From Methanobacteriota archaeon (GTDB lineage Archaea; Thermoplasmatota; Thermoplasmata; SG8-5; DAIRED01), in contig JAZDNO010000030.1 of NCBI GenBank assembly GCA_043799545.1, forward strand, positions 1 to 64,000: DNA of 64,000 nt. Reading direction: 5' to 3'. Under the pieces are notes generated by a model, which was not told the DNA's origin, made no database searches, and saw nothing but the letters and a program-made list of their open reading frames with translations. Position numbers and translations under genes: made by a program. Shown here piece by piece: positions 8,869 through 16,974 of the stretch. Within the stretch, counting starts at the first letter, position 1. Each line of letters starts with the position of its first letter.

Positions 8869-9042
8869 TGGCAGACAAGCGGTAATCATTTGTCTGACAA
8901 ACGTACTCAAACAGAGCCAAGGGCTTTATTAGTGGGAAAAAATGGAGCGCAACATTGCACGCGTGCGCGAGCCAGCATCTTGTATTTCGTGCATGGAAAC
9001 ATTTATATACTCAATATAGCATATCATCCCTTTGTCTGACAA
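8869..9042. promoter_or_regulatory. Repeated palindromic sites TTGTC-W-GACAA (8890-8900, 9032-9042, degenerate 8869-8878) plus TATA box TTTATATA (9002-9009)
   Basis: The 12-mer TTTGTCTGACAA occurs twice, 142 bp apart; the second copy lies ~23-33 nt downstream of the TATA box. Confidence 0.55.
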
Positions 9043-9058
9043 GCGTCGGACTAAAATA

Positions 9059-9234
9059 GGGATGGGATGGCGTGTCCAGGGCCCACGGCCTTGGATTCGC
9101 TTGCGGCCCGGGGAAACCGGGAAGCGCACGCAGCCAGCGTTCGGGATGCGCGCGAGCCGCCTGAGGCGAAAGCCCGGGCGGACGATGCGGGTTGTCGGAC
9201 GGCGGGCGCGCGGCACGGTGCGCCATCTTCTCCC
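9059..9234 (+). ncRNA. Candidate structured RNA (5' leader of smc or independent ncRNA), family not recognised
   Basis: Long closing helix 9059-9076 with 9217-9234; hairpins CCAGGGCC-cac-GGCCUUGG, CCCGG-ggaaa-CCGGG, CCGCC..GGC-gaaa-GCC..GGCGG. Lies between the TATA box and the smc start. Confidence 0.5.
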
Positions 9235-9248
9235 GCGAGGCGGCAAGG

Positions 9249-12200
9249 ATGCACCTGAAAGGAATACAGCTCGAGAACTTCAAGTCGTTCGGCAGGAAGC
9301 TCGAAGTGCCGATTTTACCCGGGTACACGGCCGTGACTGGCCCGAACGGAAGCGGCAAGAGCAACATCTCCGACGCGGTGCTTTTCGTGCTCGGGCCCAA
9401 ATCGTCGAGGGCGATCCGCGCTGGCAAGCTCCCCGACCTCATCTTCAACGGCGGCAAGAGCCGCCGCGCGGCGGACGAGTGCACCGTGAGCCTCATCTTC
9501 GACAACCAGGACAGGATTATGCCCATCGACTCGCAGGAGGTCAGGCTCACGCGCACGATACGCCTCTCGAAGTCGACGGAGGACGGCTACAGCTCCTACT
9601 TCTACATCAACGAGCGCAAGTCCAGCCTGGGCGAGTTCGACGACCTGCTCAGCCACGCGCGCATCTCCGCAGACGGATACAACTTCATCCAGCAGGGGGA
9701 CATAAACAGGATAATCTCCATGAGCAACCTCGAGCGGAGGAGGATGCTGGACGACATCGCCGGCATCACGAAGTTCGACGAGGACATCGGGAAGGCGGAG
9801 CGCGAGCGCACGGTCGTGGAGGACAACCTCGGCAAGATAACGATAATTCTCGACGAGATAGGCAAGCAGCTCAAGCAGCTGGAGCACGACCGCACCGACG
9901 CCCTGAAGTACAAGGAGCTGAAGGAGCGGGCGGACCTGGCCAGCGCGCAGATGGTTTACAAGAACCGCGACGTGATACTGCACGAAATCGAGGGCTTGGA
10001 CGAGAGCATCGCGAAGGGCGAGGCGGAGGTCGCGAAGCTCGCCGAGAAGCGCGAGGCCGTGGTCGGGGAGCTCAAGGGCTGCGAGACCGAGCTGCAGAAG
10101 CTGGAATCTGAAATCGCCTCGAAGAGCAGCGAGGAGATGAAGTCTCTCAAGATGAAGATCGACGGGCTGAAAATCGAGGCCGCGAAGGCAGAGAGCGCGG
10201 CCGAGAACGCCCTCGCGCAGTCTGCCGAGCTGAAGGAGCAGAGGTCCGTGAAGTCGCGCGACCTGGCAAAGCTCTCGAAGGAGCTTGAGGCCCACAGGGC
10301 AGAGCTGGAAAAGCACGAAGGGGCCTACGCCAGCCTCGACAAGAAGCTCGCGGGGGTCCGCGACGAGGCCAAGGGGCTCGAAGACACCGCCGCAAAGTCC
10401 GACAAGGAGGTGACGGTCCTTCAGAAGAAGGTCCTGGGCGCTAAGAACGAGCTCGAGGCCAAGCAGAGGAAGCGCGGCGAGCTGCTCCTCGAGAAGGACA
10501 GGCTCTCGGCTTCGAGGGAGCGCGCGCTCGAAATCGTCTCCCAGGCGGAGCAGAGGCGCAAGGACTCCGAGTTCGCCCTCAAGGACGCCGAGTGGCGCTT
10601 GAAGGAGCTGAAGGGCACCGAGAAAGTTTCGACGGATGAGATTAAGAAGATTCAAGAGGCGTTCTTCGCGAAGCGGTCCCAGGAGCAGAAGCTCGGGCGG
10701 GAGTCCGTGGAGCTGGCATCGGCGGTCCAGACCCTGGCGCGCAGGTACGAGCAGCTCAAGGCCGAGGTCGACGCCCAGGACTCCGTGCGCAAGGGATACA
10801 ACGCGGCGGTGCAGAGCATCCTCGAGGCCCGCGACAAGGGCCATCTGAAGGGAATCCACGGGACCGTCGCAGAGCTGGCCAAGGTCGACCGCAAGCAGGA
10901 GGTCGCGATGAACACTGCCGCCGGTCCTCGCATGCAGAGCATCATCGTCGACGACGACGAGTGCGCCTCGAAGGCGATAGACTACCTGAACAAGACGAAG
11001 GCCGGCCGCGCCGCCTTCCTGCCTCTCAACAAGATGCTGGAATCGCGCCCGAGGGGCAAGGCGCTCCTCGCGGTCAAGGAGTCGATGGGCTTCGCGATTG
11101 ACCTGATAAAATTCGACGATAAGTACAGGAACGCCTTCTCGTACGTTTTCGGAGACACCATAGTCGTTGACACGCTGGAACACGCCCGGAGGCTCATGGG
11201 CGGCGTGCGCCTCGTCACGATTTCGGGAGAATTGATCGAAGCCAGCGGCGCGATGATAGGCGGCAAGGACGAGCGCTCGATGGTGAAGTTCGGCGGCGGC
11301 GCGGGGGAGCTGGAGAAGGCGTCGAAGGAGCTCAGGGCCGCGACGGAGCACCTGGACAGGCTCGAGGCGGAGCTGAAGAAGCTCAGGGAGGAGCTTCTGG
11401 ACCTGGAGGGGAAGCTGAAGGACGCCGGCGCGAAGTCAGGACCCGCGGGAGAGAAGGCCAAGCACGAGATGCTGGTTTCGGAATCGAAGCGCCTCCTCAA
11501 GATTTCCCAGGAGGAGATTGAGAAGGGCAACGCCGAGCTGAAGGGCGCAGACGGGACCCTCGTGGCTCTGACGGACGACCTGGCGAAGCTGCAGGTCGAC
11601 ATCGAGCGCCTCGACGGCGAGGCCCAGGCACTGGGCAAGAAGCTCGTCGCCGCGACGCCGGAGGAAATCGGCCGCAGGCTCAGGCAGATACAGATGGATG
11701 TCACGAAGATGAGCACAGAGCTGGCGAAAATCGACAGCGTCCGCAACGTGTCCATCGGAGAGGTGAAGGTCCGCGAGGAGCTGCTGGAGGAAGGCGGGAA
11801 GACGCTTGCGGAGATGGACGCCAAGCTCAAATCGCTCGCGGAAATAGCCAAGACTGGCAAGTCGCGCAACGAGTCCCTGAGGGTCGAGATAGACGCGCTC
11901 GCCAAGACCGAGAGCGGGATGGACGCCGCCATCCAGGCAGTCCGCGACAAGCGCGACGCGGCCTTCAAGCGCAAGACCACGCTCGGCGGCGACGCGGAGA
12001 AGCTGCTCTCGAAGGTCCAGTCCAGGCAGGACTTCGTGGACGCGCAGAAGCTCGAGAGGCAGGGCGCGGACCAGAGGCTGCGCGACGCGGAGGCGTCGCT
12101 CCGGAGCGTCAAGCTGGAGAAAACGGACGAGCTCCCGAGCATCGACGAGATAAAGCGCACGCTGGCCGAGTGCCAGGCCTCGATGGAGCGCCTGGGGAAC

Positions 12201-13064
12201 GTCAACATGCGCTCGCTGGAAGTATACGACGACCAGCTCAGGCGCCACGAGGAGCTCAAGGAGGAGCTCAAGCGGCTCAACGACCAGCGCAAGAGGCTGC
12301 TCGACCTGGTCGCGGAGCTCAACGGAAAGAAGAAGGAAGGGCTCGTCAAGGTCTTCGAGGGAATCAACGAGAGGTTCAAGGTCGTCTTCGCAGAGCTCTC
12401 GGAGGGAGGGGATGCGGAGCTGATACTGGAGAACCCGGAGGACCCGCTCAACGGCGGACTTGGGATAAAGGCAAGGCCGAAGGGCAAGAAGGTCCTGCGC
12501 CTCGACCTGCTCTCGGGCGGCGAGAAGGGGCTCGTGTCGATGGCCCTGATATTCGCGATACAGCAGTACATGCCGTCGCCGTTCTACCTGCTGGATGAAA
12601 TCGACCAGAACCTCGACGCCATCAACGCCGAGAACGTGGCGCGCATGATAGGCCGCAACTCGAAGACCGCGCAGTTCATACAGATATCGCTCAGGAAGGT
12701 CACGCTCGCGCAGGCCCAGACCCGCATCGGCGTGACGATGCAGGACGACGGCCTCTCCCACGTCGTGATGAACGTGGACATCAGCAAGATGGACGACTCG
12801 GGCAAGGACTCGGGGACTCCAGAAGCCCGAAGGCTGGCTTCCGAGGCGATAAAGGCCGCTATGGAGTCGTCGGCCCTGGCGAAGGCTGAGACATCGGTCA
12901 AGGTCGAGGCTCCAAAATCTGTAAAACCAAAGAAGTCGAAGGCGGCGAAGAAACAAACGGTCGAGGATAATGGCGCGGTCACCAATCAAGCTCAAGAAGT
13001 AGACGAAAATGCGAAGGAATCTCCGGAGCCAGTGCCGGAAACGGCCAAGCGAGGAGATGAATAG
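9249..13064 (+). CDS. smc: Chromosome segregation protein SMC
   Basis: MHLKGIQLENFKSF start, Walker A GPNGSGKSN, hinge GIHGTVAEL, signature LSGGEK, Walker B LLDEID, long coiled coils. Confidence 0.97.
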   Translation: MHLKGIQLENFKSFGRKLEVPILPGYTAVTGPNGSGKSNISDAVLFVLGPKSSRAIRAGKLPDLIFNGGKSRRAADECTVSLIFDNQDRIMPIDSQEVRLTRTIRLSKSTEDGYSSYFYINERKSSLGEFDDLLSHARISADGYNFIQQGDINRIISMSNLERRRMLDDIAGITKFDEDIGKAERERTVVEDNLGKITIILDEIGKQLKQLEHDRTDALKYKELKERADLASAQMVYKNRDVILHEIEGLDESIAKGEAEVAKLAEKREAVVGELKGCETELQKLESEIASKSSEEMKSLKMKIDGLKIEAAKAESAAENALAQSAELKEQRSVKSRDLAKLSKELEAHRAELEKHEGAYASLDKKLAGVRDEAKGLEDTAAKSDKEVTVLQKKVLGAKNELEAKQRKRGELLLEKDRLSASRERALEIVSQAEQRRKDSEFALKDAEWRLKELKGTEKVSTDEIKKIQEAFFAKRSQEQKLGRESVELASAVQTLARRYEQLKAEVDAQDSVRKGYNAAVQSILEARDKGHLKGIHGTVAELAKVDRKQEVAMNTAAGPRMQSIIVDDDECASKAIDYLNKTKAGRAAFLPLNKMLESRPRGKALLAVKESMGFAIDLIKFDDKYRNAFSYVFGDTIVVDTLEHARRLMGGVRLVTISGELIEASGAMIGGKDERSMVKFGGGAGELEKASKELRAATEHLDRLEAELKKLREELLDLEGKLKDAGAKSGPAGEKAKHEMLVSESKRLLKISQEEIEKGNAELKGADGTLVALTDDLAKLQVDIERLDGEAQALGKKLVAATPEEIGRRLRQIQMDVTKMSTELAKIDSVRNVSIGEVKVREELLEEGGKTLAEMDAKLKSLAEIAKTGKSRNESLRVEIDALAKTESGMDAAIQAVRDKRDAAFKRKTTLGGDAEKLLSKVQSRQDFVDAQKLERQGADQRLRDAEASLRSVKLEKTDELPSIDEIKRTLAECQASMERLGNVNMRSLEVYDDQLRRHEELKEELKRLNDQRKRLLDLVAELNGKKKEGLVKVFEGINERFKVVFAELSEGGDAELILENPEDPLNGGLGIKARPKGKKVLRLDLLSGGEKGLVSMALIFAIQQYMPSPFYLLDEIDQNLDAINAENVARMIGRNSKTAQFIQISLRKVTLAQAQTRIGVTMQDDGLSHVVMNVDISKMDDSGKDSGTPEARRLASEAIKAAMESSALAKAETSVKVEAPKSVKPKKSKAAKKQTVEDNGAVTNQAQEVDENAKESPEPVPETAKRGDE

Positions 13065-13070
13065 GATGGG

Positions 13071-14108
13071 ATGCACATGGTAGGCGAATGGGACGCGGTA
13101 CTGGGACACCTGCTCTTCCACAAGAGCCTCATAGACGAGGACTCGGACGGCAGGAAGATAGACGACTACATGGCGATGGTCAGGCAGCTCGAGACTGGCA
13201 TGACCGTCATAGCCTCGGACCCGATAGAGAAGGCGATTTCGATTGCCTTCCAGCTGGTCGAGGAGCACGGCTTCAACCCGTGGGACATAGACCTCTCGGA
13301 GTTCACGAAGATGTACATGAAGCGCATCCGGAACGAGCCGGAGGTTAACTTCGTCATCGCCGGGCGCCTGGTGCTGATGGCCTGGTCGATTCTTAAGATG
13401 CAGAGCGAGGAGGTGCTCAGCCTGGCAGAGCCGCCCGCGCCCGCGGAGCCGATGGAATGGGACGCCGGCATATACGTCATGCCCGAGGACATAGACTACC
13501 GCGAGACGGTGCTCGGCGCGGACGTTCCCCTCCTCCAGGAAGCCGTGAGGGGCCAGCAGACCCGCCCAGTTACCCTGATGGAGCTCATAGACGCGTTCGA
13601 CGAGGCTCGCCAGGAGATTAAGCTCCAGGAGACGCTGAAGAAGCTGCGCGACGGCCAGAAGCCGAACGAGCCAAAGTCCATCGAGGACAAGGTCCACCGC
13701 GAGAACATGCAGGAGGACATCGCGATGACGTGGGAGAGGATATCGCAATTCGGGGTGGAGCCGATACCGCTCACAGCGCTGCACACAGGGGACCCATGGG
13801 ACCGCATCGCGGTCTTCACATCGGTGCTGTTCCTGGCGAAGCACAAGCGCGTGCGCCTCGAGCAGAAGTCGCTGCCCTACGGCGAGATTTACGTCTCCAA
13901 CATCGAGCTCAGGAGGCTCATGGAGCAGAACGCCCAGGCGACGGTCCAGTTCGACGCGATGCAGATGATAGCCTCCCCGGCGGCCGCTTCCCTAATGGCG
14001 GCCGCCCCACGGGAGATCGCAGAGGGCGTGACGGCGTCGGCGCAGGTCGAGATGACGGGGCAGGCGCAAACGGCAGTCTACGAGGTGTCCAACATTGGCA
14101 GAGCCTAA
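13071..14108 (+). CDS. scpA: Segregation and condensation protein A (kleisin)
   Basis: Directly follows smc; FNPWDIDL, AGRLVLMAWSILK, C-terminal FTSVLFLAKHKRVRLEQ...YGEIYV winged helix. Confidence 0.92.
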   Translation: MHMVGEWDAVLGHLLFHKSLIDEDSDGRKIDDYMAMVRQLETGMTVIASDPIEKAISIAFQLVEEHGFNPWDIDLSEFTKMYMKRIRNEPEVNFVIAGRLVLMAWSILKMQSEEVLSLAEPPAPAEPMEWDAGIYVMPEDIDYRETVLGADVPLLQEAVRGQQTRPVTLMELIDAFDEARQEIKLQETLKKLRDGQKPNEPKSIEDKVHRENMQEDIAMTWERISQFGVEPIPLTALHTGDPWDRIAVFTSVLFLAKHKRVRLEQKSLPYGEIYVSNIELRRLMEQNAQATVQFDAMQMIASPAAASLMAAAPREIAEGVTASAQVEMTGQAQTAVYEVSNIGRA

Positions 14109-14760
14109 GCACATTGCGGAAGCGGCGCTTTTCAGCGCGGGGAAGCCCCTATCCATCGGCGAGATAGCCAAGGCGACGGGGATGGACGAGGCGGCGGTGC
14201 GGGCTGCGATTCGCCAGCTGCTGAAGGTCTATCGGGTCCGCGAGACGGCGCTGGAGATTGCCAAGATTGGACCTCGTTATTCCCTGCAGCTCAAGTCGGA
14301 ATACGTCGCGCCGACGCAGATGGTCGCGCGAAAGGAGCTTCCGCTGGCTGTGCTGAAGATCGCCGCGCTCGTCGGATACTACCAGCCGATGCACAAGAAG
14401 GATTTGGTGGAGATGGTCGGGCCGCGCGGCTGGGACCACGTCCTCGCCCTTGAGCAGCTCAACCTGCTCCAAGTCAAGCGCAGCGGCCACGGCTACAAGA
14501 TCGAGACGACGCCCAAGTACGCCGAGTACTTCGGGCTCGCGGCGAAGACTCGGGAGGATGTCAAGCGCATACTGGCAAGGAAGGCCGGGATAACGCTGAC
14601 GGAGAAGCCCGTAGCGCAGGCCGCAGAACCCGCGGAAGGCGAGGCGAGCGCACAGGAAGGCCAGGCTGCGGCGGATGGGCCGCGGGCGCAACCCGATGAA
14701 CCATCGGAAGAGCATGCAGAAGAACAGCCGACAGCATCTGACGCTGGCGGCGAAAAGTAG
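14095..14760 (+). CDS. scpB: Segregation and condensation protein B
   Basis: EAALFSAGKPLS, ALVGYYQP, ETTPKYAEYFGL; TTG start overlapping the scpA stop. Confidence 0.92.
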   Translation: MAEPKHIAEAALFSAGKPLSIGEIAKATGMDEAAVRAAIRQLLKVYRVRETALEIAKIGPRYSLQLKSEYVAPTQMVARKELPLAVLKIAALVGYYQPMHKKDLVEMVGPRGWDHVLALEQLNLLQVKRSGHGYKIETTPKYAEYFGLAAKTREDVKRILARKAGITLTEKPVAQAAEPAEGEASAQEGQAAADGPRAQPDEPSEEHAEEQPTASDAGGEK

Positions 14761-14770
14761 CGGCTTTCGC

Positions 14771-15781
14771 TCAGTTCCTCATCAGGTTGTTTATCACGAG
14801 CTCGGACAGGTTGCCGGAATATTCCCCGGTCCTGCGGATGCTCTCGGCGATGTAGCTCAATGATATTGCCGAAGGCCCGCTGGTGCGCATCGCGTCCCCG
14901 AGGATTTCCCTGCACCGCTCGGTCAATGGCTCTATCGAGTTCAGGTTGTCGTTCGCAGCGGATATGTCCTTCCTGAACCACGCGTCGACGGAATTCTTGA
15001 AGAGTGCGAGAGAGACCTGGCTCGCGGAATGGATGCGCTCGTATGTTTTTTCATCGAGCTTCTTCCCCGAGAGGCCAGGCAGCGCCTTCGCGATGTGGAC
15101 GGCGTGGTCTCCGATGCGCTCGATTATCCGGCTCACGAGGTAGTAGTATGACGACTCTTCCATGGAGACCCCCATCTTCTTTGCCAGCGTGACGTCGCGC
15201 AGCACGACGTTGGACTGCCGCGCAACGAGCCAGTGGAGCCTATCCAGCTCGCGGTCGCGCTCTACGACGGCCGAGGCGAGCGCCTGGTCGCGCTCTCTCA
15301 GCGCGCGTACGGCGTCCTCGTGCATCGAACGCGCAAGCAGGGACATTCGCTTAACCGTCTTGTCGAAAGGCATCTCCGTGGGGCTGAGCAAATCCTTTAT
15401 GATTATCTCCTTGCTGGACTCCTCGATGATTTCGGGACCGATGGCCGTCTGGGTGAAGTCGATGACGGCCTCCATGAGCGGCTGGTCTATTCGAGATTTT
15501 GAACTTATCTCTATTGCGGTGTAGCCCATGACGTATGCTCCGATGAGCATCCTGAAAAGGTGCTTCGGGTCATCGATGCCGTCGACGGCTATGGACTTGG
15601 TCAGATGGATTGAATCCTGGGACGTGCGCGCGGTGACCACGAGCGTCCCGTCCGGCTGGACCATGAGCCCGAGCGGGTCGTTCTTCTTGATGTTGAGGGA
15701 GCGTATCCAGTCCTTCGGAAGCGTGAGGACGAACGACGAGCCGCCGGTTAGCTGCACCTTGCGGATTTCCATAGGTTTCAT
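14771..15781 (-). CDS. phoU: Archaeal phosphate uptake regulator (AbrB-like DNA-binding domain plus PhoU domains)
   Basis: RKVQLTGGSSFVLTLPKDW AbrB N-terminus, DRLHWL, ERIGDHA; divergent from pstS. Confidence 0.92.
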   Translation of the reverse strand: MKPMEIRKVQLTGGSSFVLTLPKDWIRSLNIKKNDPLGLMVQPDGTLVVTARTSQDSIHLTKSIAVDGIDDPKHLFRMLIGAYVMGYTAIEISSKSRIDQPLMEAVIDFTQTAIGPEIIEESSKEIIIKDLLSPTEMPFDKTVKRMSLLARSMHEDAVRALRERDQALASAVVERDRELDRLHWLVARQSNVVLRDVTLAKKMGVSMEESSYYYLVSRIIERIGDHAVHIAKALPGLSGKKLDEKTYERIHSASQVSLALFKNSVDAWFRKDISAANDNLNSIEPLTERCREILGDAMRTSGPSAISLSYIAESIRRTGEYSGNLSELVINNLMRN

Positions 15782-15930
15782 TTAACTACAATCTCCTACG
15801 GAGTTAATAATTCTTTCTATATTGTATCAATATAACTATAGAGATGTATGTATGCAACATTCTACAATATATTTCCATTCGAGAACATATATGCCCGGTG
15901 CCTCCCTTTTCATCCTCAAGGTGAAAGCAA
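15782..15930. promoter_or_regulatory. AT-rich divergent promoter of the regulator and pst operon, with 9-bp inverted repeat TATATTGTA / TACAATATA
   Basis: Arms at 15818-15826 and 15863-15871; further CAATATA and CTACAAT copies nearby. Confidence 0.45.
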
Positions 15931-16965
15931 ATGGCAAAGATGCTATGGATAGGAATGGTGGCCATCGCCGTGACGGTTGCCGTGGTCGGCGCCGCGGTCA
16001 TGGGCGGATGGCTCGGAGGAAATGAGAACAACAAGGTCCATCTCACACAGACTGGCTCAAGCACGGTCTTGCCGCTCGCGGTGGCGTGGGCGGAGGAGTT
16101 CAAAGGGGCCGATATCTCTGTCTCAGGTGGCGGATCGAGTCATGGACTGAACGCATTGCTCCTGGGCGAGGCTGACCTCGGGGACGCGAGCAGGCTTTTA
16201 AAGGGCTCTGACTACACAGCCGTGAACGGCGATGCGACTCTAGTGAGCGCGGATGGCACAGCTACAGGCGCCGCACCGAGCGGTGTCTTGCCGATGAAAT
16301 GGGTCGTGGCATACGACGTGCTGGCCGTCGTCGTGAACAACGAGAACGACTGGGCGACGCAGCTGACTTACGACCAGCTCAGGCATATCTTCGCGTACAA
16401 CGACTCGCAGCCCTCTGCGGTCTGCTGGGACGACGTTCCCGGCCTGACGGGCGCCCCCCACGAGGCGATAGAGATTTACGCCCCGGACGAGGCTAGCGGG
16501 ACGTACGACTACTTCTTCGAGTCCATAATAAAAGACTGGGGGAAACCAACCCAGGCCATGAAGCCGAGGCTCGAATCGACAGACGGCGTGTACCACCCGA
16601 GTGCTGACGACAACGTCATCATGAACGCGATATCGTCGAAGAAGAACGCGATAGGCTACTTCGGGTTCGCATATCTGGTCGAGAACCCGGGCGTCGTGAC
16701 GCCGATCAAGCTGGCCAAGACTGGTACAACGTACATCGAGCCGTCCTTCGCCAACGTGGCTACCTATCCGATGGCCAGGCCGCTGCACATCTACACCAAC
16801 GGAATGCCTGACGAGACGACTCCGAAGGGCGGGGCGATAGCAGACTACCTCCGGTTCATACTGGGCGAAGGCGGCCAGGCGATGGTCCCCGATGTGGGCT
16901 ACGTCAAGCTCGAATTAGTTAACGCGGCCCTGCTGGATGAGCAGCGGGCGAAGCTGGAAGGATAG
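15931..16965 (+). CDS. pstS: Phosphate ABC transporter substrate-binding protein
   Basis: N-terminal anchor, TGSSTVLPL, GGGSSHG, SGTYDYF, IGYFGFAY, YPMARPLHIY. Confidence 0.95.
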   Translation: MAKMLWIGMVAIAVTVAVVGAAVMGGWLGGNENNKVHLTQTGSSTVLPLAVAWAEEFKGADISVSGGGSSHGLNALLLGEADLGDASRLLKGSDYTAVNGDATLVSADGTATGAAPSGVLPMKWVVAYDVLAVVVNNENDWATQLTYDQLRHIFAYNDSQPSAVCWDDVPGLTGAPHEAIEIYAPDEASGTYDYFFESIIKDWGKPTQAMKPRLESTDGVYHPSADDNVIMNAISSKKNAIGYFGFAYLVENPGVVTPIKLAKTGTTYIEPSFANVATYPMARPLHIYTNGMPDETTPKGGAIADYLRFILGEGGQAMVPDVGYVKLELVNAALLDEQRAKLEG

Positions 16966-16974
16966 GCGCGACAA

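Noticed and set aside
9130-9160. GCCAGCGUUC...GCGCGAGCC resemblance to 5S rRNA
   Set aside because: Lacks the conserved CCCAUCCCGAAC loop and the 5S helix layout.
9315-13844. Long minus-strand ORFs (678, 529, 802 aa) over smc/scpA
   Set aside because: Antisense shadows of a high-GC coiled-coil gene; no protein motifs.
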